DNA of 31,328 nucleotides from Sphingosinicellaceae bacterium (GTDB lineage: Bacteria > Pseudomonadota > Alphaproteobacteria > Sphingomonadales > Sphingomonadaceae), in contig JAYVLC010000009.1 in the NCBI GenBank assembly GCA_043759675.1, positions 1 through 31,328 of the forward strand, in the 5' to 3' direction. Made by a program: the position numbers and the translations under genes. Positions 1 to 8,037 of the stretch are shown here, piece by piece (within the stretch, counting starts at the first letter, position 1; the number at the start of each line of letters is the position of its first letter). The notes beneath the pieces are model-generated. The model worked only from the letters and a program-made list of their open reading frames with translations, made no database searches and was not told the DNA's origin.

Positions 1-2
1 TG

Positions 3-2915
3 ACGCGCGATGATCCGATGCGGCTGGCGCGAGCGACGGTGCTGTTGCCCAATCGCCGCGCCGAGCGGGCGCTGACCGAAGCGTTTGTGAGGCTGTCAGA
101 CGACAACGGCCTGCTGCTCCCGCGCATGACACCGGTCGGCGATGTTGATGAAGATGATGCGCTCGGGGCGTTTGCCGACGACATGGCAGCGGGTGCAGCG
201 TTCGCACCGGCCGTCGACGACTGCAAACAGCGGCTGGTTCTGACCGGGCTGGTGAAGCGCTACCTCAACACGCTGGGGGATAGGGCGACGGCGGTCGAGG
301 CGATGCGGCTGGCCGACGATTTGCGGAGGACGTTGTCGCGACTCCTGTCGGAGGACGTCGCGCCGGACGCTTTGCGAGATCTGGATGTCGGGGGTTTGGC
401 GACCCATTGGGAGAAAACGCTCAGATTCCTGTCGATCATCGTCGATGTCTGGCCAGGCATTTTGGCAGATGAGGGGGAAATTGACCGGGCGCAGCGCAAA
501 AATGTCCTTCTGCGCGCCTGGAGCGACCGGATCGAGCGTACACCGCCGTCGGAGATGATTGTCGCTGCGGGCATGGTTTCAACCTCCCCGGTCATCGGAC
601 GGATGCTTGGCAAGATCGCGCGACTGCCGGATGGCATGGTGGTTTTGCCGGGGCTTGATCTCGCGATGTCCGATGCGGAGTGGGGCGCAATCGCATGTCG
701 TCTTGCCACGCCCGAAGCGCCGCCACGCCGGGAAAGCGAGGCGCATCCGCAGTTCGGCTTTCGCTGCCTGCTGGCGCGCATGTCCGTGTCACGGGCCGAG
801 GTCGGGAGCTGGGGCTGGACCAGTCAGTTCGATGGCCCGTCGTCACGGACAACCGCGGTCGCCCGCGCAATGGCCCCAGCGGCGTTTACCGGCGACTGGC
901 GTTCGCTCGATATTGGCGTCGATGCGTTGCGCGGTGTTCGGCTGATCGAGGCGGCCAATCCGGGCGAGGAAGCGCTGGTTATCGCGCTGGCGCTCCGGCG
1001 GCAGCTTGAGGCCCCGGGGCGGACCGCTGCGTTGGTGACGCCGGACCGGGGGCTTGCACGGCGCGTTGCAGCGCAGTTGGCGCGGTGGGACGTGCAGCTT
1101 GATGATTCCGCCGGTATCCCGCTTGGGAGGACCCCGCCCGGGACTTTTGTGCTCGCTCTGGTCGAGGTGGCAGCACAGGGGTTTGCACCCGTGCCGCTGC
1201 TGGCGCTGTTGAAACACCCGCTGGTACGCAGCACTGACAGGCTTGGCTGGCTTGACCGGGTTCGACAATTGGACCTTGCGCTGCGGGGGGTGCGGCCCCC
1301 GCCGGGGCTGGATGGCATCGGCGGGCAGCTTCACGACCGGCGGCTGGACGCAACGGCACGACATGATGCGGCGGCTGAGGCGGCCTTGGCGACGCTGGAG
1401 GGCTGGTGGCCGGGTGTCCAAACGGTGCTGGAGCCGTTGGAGCGGCTGTTCTCGGCAACGTCGGTTTCGCTGACCGACCTGATCGACCGGGTTCGCAGTG
1501 CCGGTGAATCGTTGGCGGGCGAGGACTTGTGGGGCCGTCCCGCTGGTCGGGCATTGAGTGACGTTTTTGCTCAATTGGCTGCTCACGGTCACCGCCTTGC
1601 CCCATTTGATCCCCCCGATGCGCCGGGGCTGATCGCTGCGTTTCTGGATGAAGTACCGGTCCGCCCGCCGTTCGGCAAACACCCGCGGCTGGCGGTTTAC
1701 GGTCTGCTGGAAGCAAGGCTGCAGCGCGCCGACCTGATGATCCTTGGCGGGCTGAACGAGGGGGTCTGGCCAGCGCTGGCGAAGCCCGACCCCTGGCTCG
1801 CGCCCGCCGCACGGTCGCAACTGGGCCTGCCGGGGCTGGAGGCGCGCATCGGGCTTGCGGCGCATGATTTCGTGCAGGCGATGGGCGCAAAGCGGGTGAT
1901 CGTGACGCGGGCGCGGCGGGACGCCAGCGCGCCGACTGTTGCGTCGCGCTTCTGGTTGCGGCTTGAGGCGATCAGCGGCGACAGGTTGCAGCGGGACGTT
2001 GAATTGCTGGCGATCGCGCGGGGGCTTGATACCGCGGTGGAGGTTCGGTCGGCACCACGCCCGGCACCTGCGCCGCCTGCCGACCTGCGTCCCCGTCAGA
2101 TATCTGTGACAGGTGTCGAGAAATTGAAGGCGGACCCATATAGCTTTTATGCGGAGCAAATGCTGGGCCTGCGCAAGCTCCAGGCGCTGGATGTGGACCC
2201 GACGGCGGCGGATCGGGGCACGTTTCTCCATGCGGTGCTGGAGAGGTGGATCAAGGAAAAGCCCGACGATCCGGCGCATTTGAAAGCGCTTGCCGACCTG
2301 ATGCTCGCCGCTGACTTTGGTCACCATCCAACGATGATGGCGCTGTGGGCGCCGCGGGTGCGCCGGGCCATCGACTGGGTTGCGGAGGAAATGGCCGCAT
2401 GGGAGGCCACGGGCTGGCAGCCAGTCATGGCAGAGGCCCAAGGGAGGATCGAGCTGTCGAACGGCGTGACGCTGACCGGCAAGGCCGACCGGATCGACCG
2501 ACAGGTGGACGGCAGTTTGGCGATTGTCGATTACAAGACGGGCAAGCCGCCGAGCCATGCGCAGCTGGAAAGCGGCTATGCGCTGCAATTGGGGTTGCTC
2601 GCGTGGTTGGCAGCGGACGGGCACGTTCGTGATCTTCCGGCCGGCGTGGTGAGCGCGCTGCGATATTGGAAATTGTCAGGTGGCAGTGATCCGGGGAACG
2701 CCAGCGATCCGTTGATGCATAGCCGCAAACCATGGAGCGATCCCGGGACGTTCATCGACAGCTCGATGGCGCATTTTTTCGCGCTTTGTGAGACGTTGCT
2801 GCTCGGCGAGGCCCCGTTTACCGCCAAGCTGCACCCGGACTATTCGAAGCGCTACACCGATCACGACCATCTGGCGCGGGTGGCGGAATGGCTGGGCCGG
2901 GGAGAGGGGGCATGA
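3..2915 (+). CDS. addB: Double-strand break repair protein AddB (5'-truncated by window edge)
   Basis: Frame is open from position 3 (TRDDPMRLARATVLLPNRRA), so the true start lies upstream. C-terminal PD-(D/E)XK nuclease motif GKADRID...IVDYKTG; ATGA overlap with addA. Confidence 0.93.
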   Translation, partial: TRDDPMRLARATVLLPNRRAERALTEAFVRLSDDNGLLLPRMTPVGDVDEDDALGAFADDMAAGAAFAPAVDDCKQRLVLTGLVKRYLNTLGDRATAVEAMRLADDLRRTLSRLLSEDVAPDALRDLDVGGLATHWEKTLRFLSIIVDVWPGILADEGEIDRAQRKNVLLRAWSDRIERTPPSEMIVAAGMVSTSPVIGRMLGKIARLPDGMVVLPGLDLAMSDAEWGAIACRLATPEAPPRRESEAHPQFGFRCLLARMSVSRAEVGSWGWTSQFDGPSSRTTAVARAMAPAAFTGDWRSLDIGVDALRGVRLIEAANPGEEALVIALALRRQLEAPGRTAALVTPDRGLARRVAAQLARWDVQLDDSAGIPLGRTPPGTFVLALVEVAAQGFAPVPLLALLKHPLVRSTDRLGWLDRVRQLDLALRGVRPPPGLDGIGGQLHDRRLDATARHDAAAEAALATLEGWWPGVQTVLEPLERLFSATSVSLTDLIDRVRSAGESLAGEDLWGRPAGRALSDVFAQLAAHGHRLAPFDPPDAPGLIAAFLDEVPVRPPFGKHPRLAVYGLLEARLQRADLMILGGLNEGVWPALAKPDPWLAPAARSQLGLPGLEARIGLAAHDFVQAMGAKRVIVTRARRDASAPTVASRFWLRLEAISGDRLQRDVELLAIARGLDTAVEVRSAPRPAPAPPADLRPRQISVTGVEKLKADPYSFYAEQMLGLRKLQALDVDPTAADRGTFLHAVLERWIKEKPDDPAHLKALADLMLAADFGHHPTMMALWAPRVRRAIDWVAEEMAAWEATGWQPVMAEAQGRIELSNGVTLTGKADRIDRQVDGSLAIVDYKTGKPPSHAQLESGYALQLGLLAWLAADGHVRDLPAGVVSALRYWKLSGGSDPGNASDPLMHSRKPWSDPGTFIDSSMAHFFALCETLLLGEAPFTAKLHPDYSKRYTDHDHLARVAEWLGRGEGA

Positions 2916-5900
2916 CGGCCAAGCCACTCCTGCCGTTGCGGCCCAACCAGAACCGCGCCGCCAACCCTTGGGACAATGCGTGGGTGTCGGCATCGGCGGG
3001 GACGGGGAAGACACAGGTGCTGACGGCGCGTGTGCTCCGGTTGTTGCTGACCGGAGCGGCGCCCGAGCGCATTTTATGCCTGACCTTCACCAAGGCGGCA
3101 GCCGCCGAAATGCAGGGCCGGATTTTTGACCGGCTGACCCGCTGGGTTCGGTGCGACGATGCCGGACTGGATGCTGACCTGCTGGCGCTGGGTGAAGCAC
3201 CGGACGGGGACTTGCGCGGGCAGGCCCGCCGGTTGTTTGCGCGGGTCGTTGACGCGCGCGGCGGGCTGGCGGTGCAGACCTTCCACAGTTTTGCGCAGTC
3301 GCTGCTGGCCGGATTTCCAGTCGAGGCCGGGATCACACCGGGCTTTGCCGTGCTGGATGACCGGACCGGTGTTGAGTTGCGGGGGCGGGTCTTGGCGGCT
3401 GCGCTGGCGGATCGGACCTTTGCCGACGATGTCGCGACCCTGGTCGTCAAGCTAGGCGAGGACAAGCTGCACGCCGTCATCCAGACCCTGCTTGGCAAGC
3501 GGGAGGGTCTGCGCGCCATCGGCAACCCGATGGGATATCAAGCCCTGCTGCGGCGCGAGCTGGGGTTGCCAACCGACGGCGACCGGCAGGCAGTGATTGG
3601 CGATGCGTTGACGCGGTTCGACCGCGCCGGGTTGAAGATGTTTGCTGACGGACTTGAGGCAGACGGTGGCGCGCGCGCCGTGGAGCGTGCGGCGATGCTG
3701 TACGACTGGCTTGGCCAAGGCGTGACGGTCAGTGAGGCTTCATTCAAGTGTGTCGAAAAGATATTCGTCGTCGATGGCCGCCTATCCGGAAACCTGATTA
3801 CGGCGAAAATGAAGAAGAGCGGCGTCCTGCCCGACCTGGCGCAACGGCTGTGCGACGCATGCCTTGTCATCGCCGAGATCGGCGCGCGGTTCGATCTGGT
3901 TGACGCAGCAGCGCTGCATCTGCGGGTTGGTCATACGATCGAGACGGCGTACCGGGTGCAAAAGGCGCGCAGTGGCGTCCTGGATTTTGATGACATGATC
4001 GCGGGCGCGGCCCGGATGCTCGGCGCTGATGGCATGGGCGAGTGGGTCAGGTTCAAGCTCGACGAGCGCATCGACCATATTCTGGTCGACGAGGGCCAGG
4101 ACACCAATGAGGCGCAGTGGCGGATCACGCAGGCGATCGCTGACGAATTTTTCGCTGGACGCGGTGCGCGCGAGGATGTGCACCGGACGCTGTTTGCCGT
4201 CGGTGATTACAAGCAATCGATCTTCAGTTTTCAGGGCTCCGATCCCCGCGTGTTCAACGCCTATCGTGAGCATTTTGCCGGGATGGCGGAAGATGCTGGG
4301 CAGCCATTCCATGACGTGCCGCTTGCGGAATCATTCCGGTCAGGTGGGGCAATTCTTGAGGTCGTCGATCAGGTGATTGGCGACCTTGGGTTCAACGCAC
4401 TGGGGCTTGACATGGCACCCGAGCCGCACCGGGTCGGGCGCGTCGGCGACCCGGCAGCACGCGTGACACTTTGGCCGCCGATCCTTGCCGGCGCGGGCGA
4501 GGCCGACGATCCCGAAACCGAGGCGGACTGGCTGCCCGGGCAGGTGCAACGGCTTGCCCAGCGGATCGCGAAACAGATCCGGCACTGGCTTGATGATCCA
4601 GCGATGCGACTGGCCGACGGGCGGCGGGTGCGGCCCGAGGACATATTGGTGCTGGTCCGGTCGCGCGGCGAGTTCGTCGGGGCGCTGGTTGCCAATCTGC
4701 ATGCGCAGAATGTGCCGGTGGCGGGTGTTGACCGTCTGCGGCTGACCGCGCCGATTGCGGTGCAGGACTGTCTGGCGCTGATCCGCTTTGCGTTGCAGCC
4801 CGACGATGACCTGACATTGGCGAGCCTGCTGACGTCGCCGTTTCTCGGCTGGGATCAGGAGAGATTGTTTGAGGCCGCGCATGACCGTGGCCGTGGGGTG
4901 CCGTTGTGGCGACGGCTGCGTGCGATGGGATCCGACTGGGCAAAGGCGGCGGATGGCTGGCTGGGTGAAGTGCTGCGCATCGCCGATCTTATGCCGCCGC
5001 ACGAGTTTCTGGAGACTATCCTGTCCGGCAAGCTTGGTGGGCGGGCCAAGCTGCTGGCGCGGCTGGGGGAAGAAGCGCGCGATCAGGTCGAGGCGCTGCT
5101 GGCCCAGGCCCTGGCGTTCGAGGCGGGTCATGCACCGTCGTTGCAGGGCTTCCTTGCGTGGATCGAGAATGACGAGTTTGACCTGAAGCGTGACCCCGAA
5201 GCCCCGAACGAGTCAGTGCGTGTGATGACAGTGCACGGGGCCAAGGGCTTGCAGGCCCCGGTGGTGGTGCTCGCCGATGCGGCGCGGGGACCGGGTGGCC
5301 GGTCGCCTGACCATGTGACGCTGGGCTGGGGCCGGAACGGTGAGGCGGTGCCGATCTTTTTCGGTGGCAAAGCGGGGCGCATCGGGCCTGTGGCAGACCA
5401 GCTTGCCGCCGACGAGATCGCGGCGATGGAGGAGCATTGGCGGCTGCTGTACGTCGCGATGACGCGGGCCGAGGACATGCTGTTTGTCGGCGGTGCGCTA
5501 GGGGCGCGCGAGACAAAATCCGGGATATCCCCCGACGCCTGGCATGCGAGAGTGCGAACGGCGATGTCCGGGCTTGGTGCGGTCGCAACCGAGGATGCGC
5601 TCTGGGGCGGGGAGGTGATGACCTATGCGCGGGGAGTTCCCCTGGCCGTAGCCGAGCGCGTGGCAAGTGCGACACCAGAGGTGGTGCGCATCCCCGGCTG
5701 GGCGCGAGTGTCACCGGCGAGCGAGCCATCGCCGCCGCGCCCGCTGTCGCCGTCACAGATCGCGTCGGACGATGTCGCATCGCCGCCGCCGACCCCGGGC
5801 ATGGTCGAGGCGGCGCGTAAAGGGACGCTGCTGCACAAATTGTTCGAGCGGCTGCCTGCGGTTGCTGCGGACCGGCGGCGGGAGGCCGCGGAGGCATGGC

Positions 5901-6316
5901 TGGTGCGGCAGGCGGGCGACCTTGATGCAGGCGTCCGCACCGGCCTTGTCGGCAAGGCGCTGGCCATCATCGAGGCTCCGGCCTTTGCCGACGTATTTGG
6001 CCCCGACGCGCTGGCGGAAGCCCCGGTTGCCGCAGTGGTCGACGGGGTGGTGATCGCTGGCAAGGTTGACCGGCTGCTGGTCCAGCCCGACCGGGTGCAG
6101 GTGATCGATTTCAAGACCGGCTATCATGTCCCGGCGTCGGCAGCCGGGGTATCAACCTATTATCTGAAGCAGATGGCGGCCTATACCGCAGCACTGGCCC
6201 GGATATTCCCCGGTCGCCGGATTGAAGCATTGCTGCTTTACACCGAGCAAGCGCGGATGATTGAATTGCCGGAGGAATTACTGGCCGCAAACGCGCCGAA
6301 GCTCATGTCAGCATGA
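2912..6316 (+). CDS. addA: Double-strand break repair helicase/nuclease AddA
   Basis: Walker A SASAGTGKT, motif II ILVDEGQDT, MTVHGAKGLQ, LLYVAMTRAED, and nuclease GKVDRL...IDFKTG. Start set at ATG 2912, which overlaps the addB stop, with GGAGAGGGGG upstream. Confidence 0.95.
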   Translation: MTAKPLLPLRPNQNRAANPWDNAWVSASAGTGKTQVLTARVLRLLLTGAAPERILCLTFTKAAAAEMQGRIFDRLTRWVRCDDAGLDADLLALGEAPDGDLRGQARRLFARVVDARGGLAVQTFHSFAQSLLAGFPVEAGITPGFAVLDDRTGVELRGRVLAAALADRTFADDVATLVVKLGEDKLHAVIQTLLGKREGLRAIGNPMGYQALLRRELGLPTDGDRQAVIGDALTRFDRAGLKMFADGLEADGGARAVERAAMLYDWLGQGVTVSEASFKCVEKIFVVDGRLSGNLITAKMKKSGVLPDLAQRLCDACLVIAEIGARFDLVDAAALHLRVGHTIETAYRVQKARSGVLDFDDMIAGAARMLGADGMGEWVRFKLDERIDHILVDEGQDTNEAQWRITQAIADEFFAGRGAREDVHRTLFAVGDYKQSIFSFQGSDPRVFNAYREHFAGMAEDAGQPFHDVPLAESFRSGGAILEVVDQVIGDLGFNALGLDMAPEPHRVGRVGDPAARVTLWPPILAGAGEADDPETEADWLPGQVQRLAQRIAKQIRHWLDDPAMRLADGRRVRPEDILVLVRSRGEFVGALVANLHAQNVPVAGVDRLRLTAPIAVQDCLALIRFALQPDDDLTLASLLTSPFLGWDQERLFEAAHDRGRGVPLWRRLRAMGSDWAKAADGWLGEVLRIADLMPPHEFLETILSGKLGGRAKLLARLGEEARDQVEALLAQALAFEAGHAPSLQGFLAWIENDEFDLKRDPEAPNESVRVMTVHGAKGLQAPVVVLADAARGPGGRSPDHVTLGWGRNGEAVPIFFGGKAGRIGPVADQLAADEIAAMEEHWRLLYVAMTRAEDMLFVGGALGARETKSGISPDAWHARVRTAMSGLGAVATEDALWGGEVMTYARGVPLAVAERVASATPEVVRIPGWARVSPASEPSPPRPLSPSQIASDDVASPPPTPGMVEAARKGTLLHKLFERLPAVAADRRREAAEAWLVRQAGDLDAGVRTGLVGKALAIIEAPAFADVFGPDALAEAPVAAVVDGVVIAGKVDRLLVQPDRVQVIDFKTGYHVPASAAGVSTYYLKQMAAYTAALARIFPGRRIEALLLYTEQARMIELPEELLAANAPKLMSA

Positions 6317-6470
6317 ACGCCGCATAGATCACATAGAACCAGCTGAAGATGCCGTGCAGGATCGCCCACAGGATCGAGTGGTTGTTGGTGTAGCTGATGG
6401 CGATGGCGAGGGCGGAGCCGAAGCTGATGCCGGCCTTTACCGTGTTGCCGACGTGGCTTGAATTGCTCAT
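6303..6470 (-). CDS. Small (55 aa) hydrophobic membrane protein of unknown function
   Basis: MSNSSHVGNTVKAGISFGSALAIAISYTNNHSILWAILHGIFSWFYVIYAAFMLT. AGGAGG lies 4 nt before ATG 6470, codons are strongly GC3-biased, and there are two hydrophobic segments. Overlaps the addA 3' end by 14 nt. Confidence 0.8.
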   Translation of the reverse strand: MSNSSHVGNTVKAGISFGSALAIAISYTNNHSILWAILHGIFSWFYVIYAAFMLT

Positions 6471-6530
6471 GCGTCCTCCTGCGATAGCTTTGCTACCCGA
6501 TGTAAAACCAAAGGTCATGCCAGCTGCCGA

Positions 6531-6559
6531 TTGACCCGCCGGGGGTGCCACCCTAACTC
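6531..6559 (+). promoter_or_regulatory. Putative sigma70-family promoter of trxA
   Basis: TTGACC (6531-6536), N17, TAACTC (6554-6559); AAGGAG RBS at 6577-6582. Confidence 0.6.
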
Positions 6560-6588
6560 TGCTGCAACGCCATGCAAGGAGTTTACCG

Positions 6589-6912
6589 ATGTCCGCCTCC
6601 AAGGTCACTGATGCCACATTCCACGCCGACGTGATCAGCGCCGATAAACCAGTATTGGTCGATTTCTGGGCCGAATGGTGCGGTCCGTGCAAGCAGATCG
6701 GTCCGTCGCTGGATGAACTTTCCAGCGAGATGGCCGATCAGGTGACGATCGTGAAATTGAACATCGACGAGAACCCCGATGCGCCGAGCAAATATGGCGT
6801 GCGCGGCATTCCGACGATGATCCTGTTCAAAAATGGTGCCGCCGCCGCCACTGCGGTCGGTGCCCGGCCCAAGGGTGCGATCAAAAGCTGGCTGGAGGGG
6901 GCGCTGGTTTAG
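6589..6912 (+). CDS. trxA: Thioredoxin
   Basis: VDFWAEWCGPCK active site, VRGIPT, 107 aa; follows addA as is usual in Alphaproteobacteria. Confidence 0.97.
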   Translation: MSASKVTDATFHADVISADKPVLVDFWAEWCGPCKQIGPSLDELSSEMADQVTIVKLNIDENPDAPSKYGVRGIPTMILFKNGAAAATAVGARPKGAIKSWLEGALV

Positions 6913-7925
6913 AGCCGGTCGATAGCTGCTTTGGTCAGCGGCGCGGCAGCCAATGCCGCGTCGAGTGCCTCGCGCCATTTTGGCCCCTTGTTTCGGGCTG
7001 TTTCATAGGCGTCGAGGAGTTCGGAGGGGCGATCCTCGGCGAGCGCGTCAATCAGCGCCGCCGCCTGCCCCAGATCTTTGCGCGCCTTCAGCCGGTTCGG
7101 TCCGCGACGGCGCTGCGATACGATCAGCTTGTGAACCGCGTAACGCTCGGGCCGGGGAATCTGCACGAGCGTCCCGGAGCGGTGGATGGCTACAGCGGGG
7201 ATCGGCTCGGCGATCAGGAAGTTCAGGAAGTGCAGGCTTTGCGCCCAGACGCCCAGGCTCTTTAGCTGGCGCGGGCCTTCGTCGTCCTCGAATGAAGGTG
7301 TCAGGAAATCGACCCTCGTCGTGCTGCCGGGCATATGCCAGTGCGCGGTGCGCTGATGTTTGTGGATCGATGGGGTGGGCGTAAGTCTGAGTTCAGCGAA
7401 GCCTTCGGCGAGCGACGGCGAGACGTTGTCATCGAGGACGAGGGTTAGACGCTCGAATGCCGCGATATCGACATCTTCGGTCACTGCGAGCGATTGGCGC
7501 GTGACGCGGAGGCCAAGGACGGAATCGTACATCCGGAAGGCATGGGTACCGACGAGGGTCCCGCCCAGTCGGAAAACGCCGACCTTGGCCATCGCGTCGA
7601 GAATCCGGGCCGTTGTCCGGTCGGGCGCGGGGAGCATCGCGGCCCGTAGCTGCGCGGCGAGTACCCCGCAATGGCGGTCGAAATCGTGCGCGTCCTTCCG
7701 GTCGGCTCGGGCGCGTTCCATGCGTTCGCGCAGGTCGGGAGAATCCGGCCCGATATAGCGTTGCACGGTTCGTTCTCCGATGCGTAACTTGGCGTACCAG
7801 TAGGACCGGTCGCCGCGTTCGATCAGGACCGGCGTACCGTCCAAGGGGTCGGCCGCGCGCATCAGATGCGCGTCGAGCAGGCTCTGATAGGTCGTTTGAA
7901 CCGAAAGAGGCAGCTGTTCTACCAT
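6909..7925 (-). CDS. GSU2403-family nucleotidyltransferase-fold protein
   Basis: LVGTHAF, TEDVDIA (DxD) and YAVHKLIVSQRR...KARKDL.QA pattern. ATG 7925 chosen; in-frame GTGs at 7931 and 7934 are alternatives. The stop overlaps the trxA stop by convergent overlap (4 nt). Confidence 0.75.
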   Translation of the reverse strand: MVEQLPLSVQTTYQSLLDAHLMRAADPLDGTPVLIERGDRSYWYAKLRIGERTVQRYIGPDSPDLRERMERARADRKDAHDFDRHCGVLAAQLRAAMLPAPDRTTARILDAMAKVGVFRLGGTLVGTHAFRMYDSVLGLRVTRQSLAVTEDVDIAAFERLTLVLDDNVSPSLAEGFAELRLTPTPSIHKHQRTAHWHMPGSTTRVDFLTPSFEDDEGPRQLKSLGVWAQSLHFLNFLIAEPIPAVAIHRSGTLVQIPRPERYAVHKLIVSQRRRGPNRLKARKDLGQAAALIDALAEDRPSELLDAYETARNKGPKWREALDAALAAAPLTKAAIDRL

Positions 7926-8036
7926 ATGCACCACAGTTTGGAATTCTGTGGTGCATATACCATGTGCACCACAGATTCAACTTCTGTGGTACATGCGGCA
8001 CCCGGTTACACTACACGAGCAACTTTTGTAGTGTAA
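7924..8036. repeat. Array of three related inverted repeats, consensus TRCACYACAS-N9-YTGTRGTRYA
   Basis: IR1 ATATGCACCACAG (7924-7936) N9 CTGTGGTGCATAT (7946-7958), a perfect 13-bp repeat. IR2 TGCACCACAG (7965-7974) N9 CTGTGGTACA (7984-7993). IR3 TACACTACAC (8007-8016) N9 TTGTAGTGTA (8026-8035), which contains perfect TTACACTACA/TGTAGTGTAA arms. Confidence 0.9.
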
Positions 8037-8037
8037 A

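Noticed and set aside
843-2624. 593-aa antisense ORF inside addB (and similar long antisense ORFs inside addA and secA)
   Set aside because: Shadow ORFs typical of high-GC coding DNA; no recognisable motifs, and they overlap confidently assigned genes fully.
6471-6692. Upstream extension of the small minus-strand ORF (129-aa version)
   Set aside because: Overlaps trxA and its promoter; the AGGAGG RBS points to ATG 6470.
7924-8036. CRISPR or TIGR-like guide array interpretation of the triple palindrome (repeat/9-nt spacer alternation)
   Set aside because: Only three units, spacers far too short for CRISPR, spacers 2 and 3 share CAACTT, and no cas or Nop-domain gene is in the window. An operator explains it more simply; the array is kept as a finding under that reading.
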